Of a stretch of DNA of 52,888 bases, positions 38,675 through 50,302 are shown one piece after another (position 1 is the stretch's first letter; each line of letters begins with the position of its first letter). Origin of the DNA: Hyphochytrium catenoides (Eukaryota; Protista; Hyphochytriomycota); contig FLMG01000388.1 in assembly GCA_900088475.1 (NCBI GenBank), positions 1 to 52,888 of the forward strand, in the 5' to 3' direction. Position numbers and translations under genes: made by a program. The notes under the pieces were generated by a model. That model was not told the origin of the DNA. It searched no databases and was given only the letters and a program-made list of their open reading frames with translations.

Positions 38675-39650
38675 CTACGCCAGGACGTGGCAATTTAGTA
38701 GGGGCGAGATGAGGAGGACGGAGGGGATTGTATTCTAGTTAAGGACAGAGGTCGTTGAAGCATGACCATCGATGTCAAGCTCTTAGCCGCCCTCCGCCAC
38801 GCAACAGGGAGAGGATATTAGTCCCTCATTAATTGTTAGCCTACGCTTTTCCCCTCCGAACAGCCATCAGCTGATGAGCCAGCAAGGTACTGGCCGGAGA
38901 CTGCAGTCCCGGATGCACCGGGATAGAATCTTTCTAACGGATACTGAGGCTTTCAAAGAGGCATGTGTACCTTGCCCTGAGGGCTCAGGTTCCCGTATCG
39001 ATCTACTGGGAAGGCACAGAGAGAGTCAGAGAAAGCGAGCAATAGTAGAACCGGCAACACGTATCCCAGATTTCCCATCTTTAAAGCTGGCGGCAGCACT
39101 CAGCCGTGTATCCCACGCCATCGTTATCTCATCCGTAACATGACTGTGTCAAGGCATTTCGCCTATAATTGCCCTTACCTTGCTTGACCTATGAGGGCTG
39201 CACTTCACGCTATGATAGCAGCTTATCTCCTCTCCTTTCAGGCAGAGAACATGGGTCTCGATAATAGCTCCTCACGTCGCTCTGAACTCCTAATTAGAAG
39301 AACGAGTCTGGGTATCCTGAGAAGAGTGCAGATGAGTGCTTCCAGGCAGATCCAAGCTCTTCCAAGAGCATGAGATCCATAGCTCCTAATTTCGGTAACA
39401 TTTTATTAGATGTAGCTTTCGGGCTTTAGGAGCCCAGGCAACTAAGTAATACCTAGTGACTGTAGTGTTAGCCTAGGTACCGTGTACTATTCTCGTGTGC
39501 CATTAACTCGTTGAGGGAATCTTTTAGGTTTGTCCGTTACAAGACACGAGGAGAGCACCCTTTGAGACTTAGAGACGACGCCGGAATTGGAGGGAGAATC
39601 AGAGAGAGAGAGAAAGCGAGAGAGGGAGAGAGAAAGAGAAAGAGAGCGAG

Positions 39651-39691
<41 letters not shown>

Positions 39692-40223
39692 AGAGAGGGA
39701 GAGGGAGAGAGAGAAAAAGAGAGAGAGAGAGAGAAGAGAGAGAAAGACAGAGAGAGAGAGAGAAGGGAGACGGACGCATCCAGGTAAAGAGATCCATTGA
39801 TATCAGCAGTACCCCACGAACGGAGAGGAAGAGAACTGGAGACACAAGACAGAGATAAACGGGGACGAGAAGAGAGAGCCATTTCTCCAAAGGTCACCAA
39901 GCCACCGGCTCTATGCGTTGTGCTGAGACACATCGGGAGAAGAGAGAACGTCCCTGATTCAATCTGAGTGTCATAAATTTCCCTTCCTCTTGCTCTCATC
40001 ACGCTGTCTATGTTTGGGAGCAATAGCTAGCGGTTTAGCAGTTGAGGACGAGAGTGTCATCCAGCAAAGAAAAGCCAGAGCAGAGGAAGCAAGCGGTAAG
40101 ACGTGTCTCTCTCCATCACACCCCGTCCCCGAGACTATAACTTATCTTTTCTCTCTCATTCGTATGACGTTTGCCCTGCGTTGGATGTCCTTTACTCTTT
40201 GCTCTGCTTTTGGAGAAGTTACG

Positions 40224-41338
40224 ATGGCTAATGCCTATTCTGCTAAAGATACCATGGATCCCACGGTGCAGCCCCCGAAGGAGAGTAGTCCTCTTCTCTC
40301 CCCTCGTTCTCCAGACAAAAGCTCTGCCTCTCGATCTTCCACCGCTTTCTCTCTTTATTGGGAGATCTTCGTCCAATATATTCCTCTCTCTCTCTTCTCG
40401 TTCGGAGGGCCACAAGTGCACATCGCCATGCTCTCTGATCGCTTCGTCAGACAAGAGAAATGGCTAAGTCAGGCCATGTTCTTAGAGCTCTTGGGCTTAG
40501 GCTCCTGCATCCCCGGTCCTACCTCCACCGAGGTCGCCACGGCCGTGGGAGCTGTGAGGGGAGGGGTACTGGGAGGCATTGTGGCGTTCCTCTCTTTCTC
40601 TCTTCCAACCGCCATCCTTATGCTTCTCATAGGACTGGGAATGAAAGCAGCGGAGAGAGAGACAGAGAAAGGTGGAGAGGCTCCCTCTTGGCTTGCAGAG
40701 GCTGGGGTGGGTCTCCAGCCAGCTGCGATCTCTCTAATATTAACCGCGGCGTATCGACTTGGAGGCGATGCCTGTGGGACGGACTCTCTTAAGCTTTCTA
40801 TCGCCTTTGTAGCGACCTTCCTGACTGTCTGGATGCCAGCCTCTGCCTCGTCCTGGGGCTATCCGCTGCTCTTCCTCCTTGGAGGACTGACAACTCTTAT
40901 GGACCAGAAGATGAATCCAGAGAGAGAAAGGATGAAGAGAGAAGCGCAGACAGAGAGAGAAGCAGCGATGGCTTCATCTTCTTCTGGATCTGTCACGGGG
41001 ATCTCGAAGGCTACCGGCTTCTTTCTCTTCTCTCTCTGGCTCGGACTTCTTCTCCTCCTGATATCCCTTCGCACAGTCTTCCATGTCTCTTCTCCCCTCT
41101 TCCTTGTCTTCGAGACCTTCTTCCGGGTAGGCTCCCTAGTGTTTGGCGGAGGCCAAGTGGTTCTCCCTCTTCTCTCTCATTCTCTTGTCTCCTCGGGCTG
41201 GCTCTCTTCCTCAGTTTTCTTCACTGGGCTGGCAATAGTGCAAACCCTTCCTGGTCCAATGTTCAATCTGGCGGCCTATCTGGGGGCTGCTTACTTAGGT
41301 AAAAACTGGGTGCTGCCTATAACCACAGAGCAAGAGCA

Positions 41339-41381
<43 letters not shown>

Positions 41382-41645
41382 TGTAGCAAGAGAGAGAAAA
41401 AAGGGAATCGGGCCTTCAGCAGACCGTACTTATCATGACTCGCCTTTTAGTGGCAAGCTCTTCCCTTGCTAACACCTAGGTCTTTCTTCACTGGGTAGCC
41501 TGACTTCCACGTCTCTCTGTTCTTCAACCCATCACGTCTTTCTCTGTCAACCATCACTCCATCCACCTTCCACATTACAATCGCCTAAGAAATGCTGGTG
41601 CTTAGTCACTGACCTTCATCGCTTCAAGCATTGACCTCATCTTCT

Positions 41646-41691
<46 letters not shown>

Positions 41692-42165
41692 TATTTATTT
41701 ATCTATTTTCTCTCTCTCCTTTTCCTTTTGTCTCCTCTCTCCCTTTCTCACTCTCTCTCCTACTTGTCTTCTCTTTCTATAGGCCTCTGGGGAGGAGTGT
41801 TGGCTTGGCTGGGAGTCTTTGCGCCAGGAATTCTTCTGATGCTTTCTCTCCTTCCCTTCTGGGAGGCGCTCCGGACGAGAGAAGAGGTCAAAGGAGTTCT
41901 CCGAGGCGTGACTGCTACGTCTGTGGGATTTATCACTGCATCCTTCGTATTTATGCAGCTGAGAGTGGTACATACCCTTGGACAGGCTGCTATCATGGTG
42001 TTTTGTATAGCGCTTGTCGGTTTGTTCCGGGTAAATACTCCGGTATCTATCATCCTCAGTGGGCTATTGGGCTGGATGATGATGATACTGGACCTTGGCG
42101 GTAAGTGGAAGGGGAAGAAAAAGAGAGATACGCGAGAGACACTGAGAGTAGCATGGAGGACAAAG

Positions 42166-42212
<47 letters not shown>

Positions 42213-42716
42213 GAGAGAGAGATGAAGAAACAAAGAGACGGAGAAAGAGGAATCGATAGAGAGAAGGAGAAGATTACGGAAGACGAGCACAGAGCGGTAG
42301 AGAAGGGCAAAAGTACCAAGAGGAGTGACAGGGCAAAAAGCAAAATTAAAGGAAGAGAAAGAGAGTGGGAGGGAGAATGAGAGAGAGAGAGAGGGAGAAT
42401 GAGAGAGAGAGAGAGAGATAAAAATGAACGTATTCGAAAGAAGAGAAAGAAATGGAGAAAGTGTCGATGAGTGAGAAGGAGAAAGTGCTCTTGCAAAGAG
42501 AAGCTGACGGACTATAAATGACGAAGAGAGAGAGAGAGAGAAAAATCCTATTAATCAGGGAGAGGAGGAAAAAAAAAGCTCTAAAACTATCCTCTCTCTC
42601 TTTCTCCTCCACGTTATCTAGGTCCCTACTGCATGGTTCCGTCCTATGTGGAGCATCACCCTCAATGGGCGGAATACTGTCATACCTGGAACCAGCTTTA
42701 TGGCACCGCAAACTAA
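40224..42716 (+). CDS. chrA: Long-chain chromate transporter (CHR/ChrA family), 3 exons
   Basis: Exons 40224-41298, 41783-42100 and 42622-42716. Two CHR repeats: SFGGPQVHIA...V...KWL...IPGPTST and GSLVFGGGQVVLPLL...LPGPMFN. The third exon is inferred from splice signals and phase. Confidence 0.92.
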
Positions 42717-42785
42717 CTATGAAGACTCACGCAACTCTGACACGCAGAGAGAGAGACCAAAAGAGAGGCAGAGAGAGAGGCAGAA

Positions 42786-42826
<41 letters not shown>

Positions 42827-43148
42827 AGAGAAGGGGAGAGACGCGGGAGACAGACTGTAACAGAGAGTGTGCAACCAGAATTACTGTCCGTGGTAAGCGA
42901 GGTGGTGCGACTGAACGACAAAGAGAGAGAGAGAAAGAGAGGACACAGGAACCGAGCGGAGAATAGAGAGAGAGAGACGAGATGGTCGTGGCCTGAAAGG
43001 AGAGAGCAGCGAAGACAACCGCCTGTTAACAGAAAATCCCTTGTTTATCTTCACCTGAAGGCAGAAGAGCCCCATAAACCTTTCTATCCACCTTCCATAG
43101 TCTCTTTGCTTCCTTCTCTCTCTCTCTCTTTCTCTCTCTCTGTTGCTT

Positions 43149-44618
43149 CTAAGCAGCTGGAGCCGGAAGATGTTGAGCCCTTGCCACCCATACTCTAGTA
43201 GAAGAAGAGGAAGCTGCACCTTTTCCCCTGTAACTCTTCTCTCTCTTCCCTCCCCTGTTGGCCGTGGGAGGGAGAGAGGACGAAGAAGGTTGTGAAGCCT
43301 CTTTCTTCTCTCTTTGCTGTCTTTCTGTCCGGTCTACGACTTTGGGAGAGGAGGATGGAGAGCTAGTTGGAGGTGTTGATGAAGGAGAAAGAGAGAGAGA
43401 TGCGGTTCCTATTGACTCTCTCTCTTTCTCCCTTCTCTCCTCTCCTGTCTCACGCGTCTCGCTGAGGTTAGGGGGAGGAGAGCCAAAAACCAGTGTCTCT
43501 TCCTCTTTAGCTTGATAGCAGTCAATATCTCCTACAGTGATGACGAACGGCTCTTCTCTCTCTTTCTCTACGTCTCTCTCCTGCTCTTTCTCGCTTTCTT
43601 CCTCGAGACTGCACTCCACATCTCCGACCAGGATGAACGCAGGAGACGACGACGAAGAGAGAGACGTGGTTGAAGATGCACGACTGCCTGCAGCTTGTTT
43701 GTCTTCTTCTCTCTCTTTCTTAGAGAGAGAGACTGGGTCTATTGAGGAGACAGAAGAGAAAGAATGAGAGAGAGAGTCCGGTCTACTATCTCTCCTCTCC
43801 AAGAGAGCGGGAGAAAGAGAGGAAGAGAGAGGGAGAGGGACAGGAAAATGAGGAGGGGGAGGGCCATAGAAATGGAGAGAAGGATGGTGCATCCGAGGAT
43901 GATGATGGGAAGAGAGAGGATGGTGGGGGAGATACGCGTGGAAGAGATGAGGATGCGGAGGGACAGGAGGCGCGTGGTGGTGCATAGGAGGAGGAGGAGG
44001 GTGAGAGGGAGAGAACATGTGCATTCTCTCTCTCTCTCTCCCAACTAAAGGAACTCTAGCTACAGGGAGAGAGGGTTGCGGAGGGGGAGGAGCAGTGACA
44101 GGAGGAGCAGGAGGAGTGGTGGTGGTGGGAGGAGGAGAGAGAGAAGGAGAAGAAGAGAGAGAAGAAGGAGAAGGAGAAGAGCCAAAGAACTTGGAGAGGA
44201 TGTTCTCTGGTGGGATGTAGGGAAGAGCAGGGCGGACAGGAGGCACGTCTGCTACGCTCTGCGGACTATCGAGAGAGAGAGGCGGAGAAGAAGTGTTCTC
44301 TTTCTCTGGCATCCTCTTCCGCCCTGCATCACTATTCCTCTGTCTCTTGCTTGCGGCAGTCTTGCCGCCTTTCTTGCCTATCTCCTGCTGTTTCTCTCCT
44401 GTCAGCTTCTCTCTCTTCTCTTCCGTAGGAGAGAGAGACTTTTGAGAGAGAGAAGAAGAGGGGACGACAACGGCATTGTTTCTCCCTTTGCAATTGTCCG
44501 CTCTCTCGTCCAGCGTGTTGATTCTTCCTGGCAGCTTCGTGGTATAGATATTCTCATCAAAGGAGCTCGCCTTCACGCCGAACATACTCTCATTCGCTGC
44601 AAACTGATCCCAAGTCAT
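43149..44618 (-). CDS. Intronless low-complexity protein (about 489 aa) starting with a partial LsmAD (ataxin-2/Pbp1-like) segment
   Basis: ATG at 44618, then MTWDQFAANESMFGVKASSFDENIYTTKL, which matches the ataxin-2/Pbp1 WDQF..NE..FGV...FDE..YTT.L motif. The rest is Ser/Pro/His-rich and charged. The ORF-track extension upstream of 44618 is (CT)n-derived. Confidence 0.8.
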   Translation of the reverse strand: MTWDQFAANESMFGVKASSFDENIYTTKLPGRINTLDERADNCKGRNNAVVVPSSSLSQKSLSPTEEKREKLTGEKQQEIGKKGGKTAASKRQRNSDAGRKRMPEKENTSSPPLSLDSPQSVADVPPVRPALPYIPPENILSKFFGSSPSPSSLSSSPSLSPPPTTTTPPAPPVTAPPPPQPSLPVARVPLVGRERERMHMFSPSHPPPPPMHHHAPPVPPHPHLFHAYLPHHPLSSHHHPRMHHPSLHFYGPPPPHFPVPLPLSSSLSPALLERRDSRPDSLSHSFSSVSSIDPVSLSKKEREEDKQAAGSRASSTTSLSSSSSPAFILVGDVECSLEEESEKEQERDVEKEREEPFVITVGDIDCYQAKEEETLVFGSPPPNLSETRETGEERREKERESIGTASLSLSPSSTPPTSSPSSSPKVVDRTERQQREKKEASQPSSSSLPPTANRGGKREKSYRGKGAASSSSTRVWVARAQHLPAPAA

Positions 44619-44631
44619 CGTGACAGAGCGC

Positions 44632-44669
<38 letters not shown>

Positions 44670-45383
44670 CACCGAAGCGGAGAGAGAGAGACTTCTAGGC
44701 CTACTTGCTTTGTGAGTGGAAGGACAAGAATGTTGTCCAGCACCGAGAGAGAGAGAAAGAGAGAAAGAGACTGGGAGACGGCAGTCTGCACGGAGGCAAT
44801 GAGGACGAAAGGGAAAGAAAGAGACTGTACAACGGTAAAAGACAAGCGGGAAGTCAGACCGCAAAGGGAGAGAGAGAACGGAACAGCCGCGGGAAGTCAG
44901 GTAAAGAAAGAGAGGAAGAAAGAGAGTGTCGAGAGAGACTGAGCGATAGAGCAAGCAGTTGATAACAATCCAACAAGAGAGAGAGAGAGACAGAACGAGA
45001 GACAGAAAGCTGGAGAGTATTGTAGAGCATTGGAAGAGGCGAAGACTGGAGGAAGCAGCAAGGAAGAGAAGAGGGAGAGGGGAGAGTCTAGACAAGCAGA
45101 TGGAAGAGAGAGAGAGAGAGAGAGAGAGAAAGAAAGAGATAAGAGGGACAGAGTGAGTGGAAGGAGAGAGAAGAGAGAGAGGAAGCGAGAGAGGAAAAAG
45201 AGAGAGAGAGGAGAGAAGCGAGAGAGTAAGAGAGAGTGACGAGAGGGAGAGAGAGTGTGAGAGAGAGTGTGTGAGAGAGTAGGAGAGAGAGAGAGGGAGA
45301 GAGAGAGAGGGAGAGAGAGCGAGAGAGCGAGAGAGAGAGAGAGAGAAAGTGTGTGTGTGTGAGANNNNNNNNNNNNNNNNNNN

Positions 45384-45414
<31 letters not shown>

Positions 45415-46256
45415 AAGCAACTCGCAGACCTTTCGATTGGAATCACACGCAAAAAGCCCGCCAACGCGGCCACTGCTACATCTTCCTCCCAAGTATTACT
45501 ACTCCTTCCCTATTAATAATACTTGGACGTCGCCTCAACCAACTTAGTTAAGCCATAGGAGCTATCCATTCTCTCATTACTACTTCCCAGAGGCTTTAAA
45601 TCGCGACGTTATTATCACACTCTAAAACAGACAGATAGCGGACGCTTTCCTTCCTTAACAGCCTTGTGAAGTGGGAAAGAGTCCGTGAAAGGGCCCTCGG
45701 TAAGGTAGACGCTAACGGCCACCAAGCTTATAAAGAATAGCTCTTTTAACATTCGATCCTTTACTAGATTAAAGCGCGCTTAATTTAGAATACCTGAGAG
45801 ATGAGAATCCTCCATAGATCGGGCTGATCAGTGGAGGATCAGAACAAAAGCGAGAAAGAAAAGTAGAAAGAGTACAAGAGAGAGAGAGAGAGAGAGAGTG
45901 AGTTAGAGAGAGAGAGAGAGAGAGAGAGAGAGGCAGAGAGAGGCAGAGAGAGAGACACAAACACAGAGATACAGAGACAAAGACAGAGGCAGGGAGAGAG
46001 AGAAAGAGAGAGAGAGAGACATCTCTTACAAACTTACATAAGAGGAGGAAGGTGATGGAGCGGCAGTGCCCAGAGAGAAAGAAAGAGAGAGCGCGAAAGA
46101 GAGAGAAACACGCAGTTCCAAGGAGTCCTAGACGGCGTCCTTGCTGAGCGGAAGAGAAGGGAAAAGCTTGACACACTGTCAATAGCTGACTCACAGACTG
46201 AAAGCGATAACAGCACAGACAGAGAGAGAGAGAGAGAAGACAGCAGAAGAGGCATT

Positions 46257-47579
46257 ATGGGTCCTAAAGGCAAAGGAGTGAACACGAAGGTGCTGGCCGC
46301 CAACGAGAAGAAGGCAAAGGCTCAAGCAGAGAAGGATGCGAAGAAGACTGCTGAAGAGGAAAGAAACGCTGCTGCTGAATGGAGCAAGGGAGCAGACACG
46401 CGGGCGGCTAAGCGGTAGACTAGTAGTGAAGAGAGAGATCTTCTGCTTCTTCTTCTTTCTTTTTCTCTCTCTCTCTCTCTGTCTCTCTTTCTTTCCTCTC
46501 TCTCATTCTCTCTCTCCTTGCCCCTTCCTCTGCAACTCTCACGTATCTCATCCTGTTTCTCTTTCTCTTACATGTACTATCCTTTTCTTCTGGCGTCTTC
46601 CTCCCCTGGTCTCTCCCTCTCTCTCTCTCCTGCTCTCTCTTTCTCTCCTGCTTCCTCTGCTACTCTTCACGTCTCTCGTCTGTCAATCTCGTTCTCGCAA
46701 ATTTGCGTTCTGTTTCTTCCAGGGTCTTCCTTATTGGTGCCGCTTTGCTCTCTCTCTCTCTCTGTCTCTCTCCCTCCCTCTCTGTCTCTTCCCTGCTCAT
46801 TATCTCTCTCACTCTCTTCCCTTCTCTTAGGTTGTCTCCCTTGCTCATTATCTCTCCCACTCTCCTGCCTTCTCTTAGGCTGTCTCTCTGCCTTTCTTCC
46901 CATCTTCGCTCTCGGCCTTCTCAAATTCTGACATAGTCACGTGCTTCTCTGGTGGTCTCAGGAGAGAAGAAGCGGAAAGAAAGGCGCAAGAAGAAGATCG
47001 CAAGCGGCAGGAGCTGCGTGAACTGCAGAAGAAGGAAGAGGAAGAGCTCGGCAAGCTAAAGAAAGTGGTCAAAGGAGGGAAGACCAAGGCACAGAGAGAC
47101 ATGGACAAAGTACGAAGCCTTTCTTCTCTTTTCTCTCTTTTTATGAGTCTTCTCTCCCTGTATCTCTTCCACTTTCTCTCTCTGTCTCCTCTCTCTCCTT
47201 TTCCTCTTCCTCTGTCTATTTGATCGTCTGCCTCTCGTCTAATCCTTTAATGCTTTGACTGTTCTCTCTCTTATCTATCTCTGCCCGTCGTTCGTTAAGA
47301 GAGAACTTGCACTTCTCGTGCTTTCTCTCTCTCTCTTTTTTTTTCTCCTTTTCAGTTTCCTTTCACTCTTTCTTTGGCCCGTCCAATTTCTTCTCTCTTC
47401 TTCGGTTCCAGTCATTTGTCTGCCAGTGTTTATTTTACCTTCTCTCGCCCAGCTTGTCTTTTTAGTACGTTCTCTTTCCCTGTGTCTCTCTATACTTTTA
47501 GTGTATGCCTTTACCTCCCTCTCTCTCTCTCACACTGTCTCTCGTTACTTCTTTCTCTCTCTCTCTTCTCACACACATA

Positions 47580-47611
<32 letters not shown>

Positions 47612-49437
47612 GTCTCATTTGGCGCCGTTAGCCATGGGAGATGGCTCTGAAGGAGGCTGCCAAGCCAAGCAACAAGGGAAGTAGAAAGAAGTCCGGACCT
47701 GCGGCGGCCGCTAAGGCGTCAGCGGCGCGCGACTCAGATGATGATGTAGATCTTCCAGTTAATAGAAACAGAGAAGTGGGCGTCATCTCAGGTTAGCTCC
47801 CTCGCTCCATCAATCTCTTTCCTGCGTTCCTCTCTTTGTTGCACAAATAGATTCGCTCTCTCTTTTTTTCTCTTCTTTATCCGCTTTCCTTTGCTTTCCT
47901 GTCTTTCTCTTCTCTGTTCTCTTCTCTTCTCTCCCATGTCGTCTGTCATCGCACCAAGTGTGCCCTGGGACTATACCTTTTGTACTTCTCTCTCTCTCTC
48001 TCTCCTTTTCCTCCTCTCTCTCCTCTTCCTCCTCTCTTCTCTCTTTTCCTCCGTCTCTCTTCTCATTTTTTGTGCCTGTGCTCTATCACTCAATCAGCCA
48101 TTTATATTTTATACTGGGTCTCCGGCCTAATCTTTCCTCTCTCTCTCTCTGTCTCTCTCTCTATATATATATATCTTTATCTCTTTCTTACTTGTTCTCT
48201 CTCTCTCTCTTGCTCGCTCTCCCTTTTCTGTGTCTCGTTCTCGCTCGCTCTCACTCTCTCTCTGGTCATGCGCCGTAGCCTCTGGTGTCGACGCTGCCCT
48301 CGCTGCACTTTCTGTGGAGTCTAAAGAGATTGACAAGCATCCGGAAAAGAAAGCAAAGGCGGTAAGGAACGGAAGGAAGGCCAACCTTGGCCTTGCATAA
48401 AGAACGTCTTCTTTTTCTCTTGGCGTTTGCTTTCTCTCTCCCTCTAGCGCCTTCGGTGTACCTGACGAGAACCCTACTACGTGTCTTCTTTCCTCTCCCC
48501 CACCTCTCCTTGGTTCTTCTTTGGCTCCGTCTCTGTTACTCACCCTCTTCTCTTCCACCATACGTCTTCTCTCTCTCTCTCTCTCTCTCTGGCTCNNNNN
48601 NNNNNNNNNNNNNNNNNNNNNNNNNNNNNNNNNNNNNNNNNNNNNNNNNNNNNNNNNNNNNNNNNNNNNNNNNNNNNNNNNNNNNNNNNNNNNNNNNNNN
48701 NNNNNNNNNNNNNNNNNNNNNNNNNNNNNNNNNNNNNNNNNNNNNNNNNNNNNNNNNNNNNNNNNNNNNNNNNNNNNNNNNNNNNNNNNNNNNNNNNNNN
48801 NNNNNNNNNNNNNNNNNNNNNNNNNNNNNNNNNNNNNNNNNNNNNNNNNNNNNNNNNNNNNNNNNNNNNNNNNNNNNNNNNNNNNNNNNNNNNNNNNNNN
48901 NNNNNNNNNNNNNNNNNNNNNNNNNNNNNNNNNNNNNNNNNNNACCTGACGAGAACCCTACTACATGTCTTCTTTCCTCTCCCCCACCTCTCCTTGGCTC
49001 TTCTTTGACTCCGTCTCTGTTAGCCACCCTCTTCTCTTCCACCATACGCCTTCTCTCTCTCTCTTTTCTCTCTCTCTCTCTGGCTCTCTGCCACTTTACG
49101 GTTTGTCTGACGGTCCCTAATCTCCTTCTCTTCTCTTTTTCCCTTTCCCTCTTCTGCATCTTTGGCTCCCGCTGTTTCACCCTGTCTTTCTCTCTTTGTC
49201 TCTCTCTGTCTGTCTGTTGTCTGTCTCTCTCTCTGTGCTAACAGGCTTACAAGGCTTTCGAAGCTCGAATGCTTCCTCAGCTCAAGGAGGAGATGCCAGG
49301 ACTCAAGCTCTCGCAGTACAAAGAGAAACTCTTCGAAATTGTGAGCAACTCTTTTTCAGTAGTGTTACCTCATCACTTTGACCCCTTCTCTCTTTCCTTT
49401 GATTGTTTTTAGCTTTTTTTCAAAGCATAGCTCTCTC

Positions 49438-49476
<39 letters not shown>

Positions 49477-49658
49477 TCTTTCTGGCTGTTGTCTGTTGCT
49501 TTTCTTCCTTTGCTATCTCTGGGCCGTACTATGTCTCTGATCATCCGCTTGTGCATGTGTCGTCTCTTACTTTCTCTTCACCTCTATGCTGGTCTCTCTC
49601 TCCTTCTATTCAGTGGAAAAAATCTCCAGAGAATCCTCTCAACCAGGTTCCCCGTTAG
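46257..49658 (+). CDS. CCDC124: CCDC124 / Oxs1 / Lso2-family coiled-coil ribosome-associated protein, 6 exons, about 229 aa
   Basis: Exons 46257-46414, 46962-47109, 47632-47791, 48279-48361, 49245-49340 and 49614-49658 are phase-consistent. Motifs GVNTK..AANEKKA, ASGVDAALAALS, DKHPEKK.KAAYKAFE...LPQLKEE.PGLKLSQYK and WKKSPENPLNQ. Confidence 0.95.
46793..46888 (+). repeat. Two-copy 48-bp intronic tandem repeat
   Basis: ctgctcattatctctctcactctcttcccttctcttaggttgtctccc followed by ttgctcattatctctcccactctcctgccttctcttaggctgtctctc, in CCDC124 intron 1. Confidence 0.8.
48460..49086 (+). repeat. Direct repeat of about 135-140 bp flanking an N gap
   Basis: 48460-48595 and 48944-49086 both begin acctgacgagaaccctactac and end in (ct)n-ggctc, with about 6 substitutions between them. 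Confidence 0.85.
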
Positions 49659-49687
49659 CTGGTTATAAGTTAAAACGGAGAGGAGGG

Positions 49688-49722
<35 letters not shown>

Positions 49723-50302
49723 CAGGCTTGGGCAGAAGAGGAGAACGCTGCGGCCAAAACGGCAAGAGACCGCTGACAAAGAGACCGAAGGAAACGCTGC
49801 TCTGTCTTACTTCTGAAAAAGACGAAATAGGGATAGAGAGGAAATGTTGAAAGAGAGAGAGAGAGGGAGAGAGCGGCCAAGCCTTACCTTCTTTGCTTTA
49901 AGCTTACAGGGGTAAAACTAGTTGTATCAAAGCGCGGTCCATTCTCCTCTTTTACAATAGGGATCAAGCGTTTCTTAGATAAATTCTCTCTCTTTCTCTC
50001 TCCATTTGTCCGTCTCTCTTGACCAACCCCAAGGACGAATGCTGCGTCCAGTGGACCTTTCTACCTCGTCAAGAAGTCTCTTTTGAATAAATAGTCTTAT
50101 AACTTAAAAGGCACCAGGGTTGGTGCTCTCTCTCTCTCCCTCGCTTCCGTCTTTTCGCATGTTAATACTCGCATCGTGCATGGTCCCCACATATCTCCTT
50201 GTTTAGCTCCCTTCTCTCTTCCCATTAACTTCCTCCTCTTGCTTTTCATCTCTTCATCTGTCTCTTTCAACTCTCTCTCTCTCTCTCTCCTTCCTCTTCT
50301 AG

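Noticed and set aside
44619-45473. N-terminal 285 aa of the 774-aa ORF
   Set aside because: Microsatellite read-through across an N gap; the recognisable protein starts at ATG 44618.
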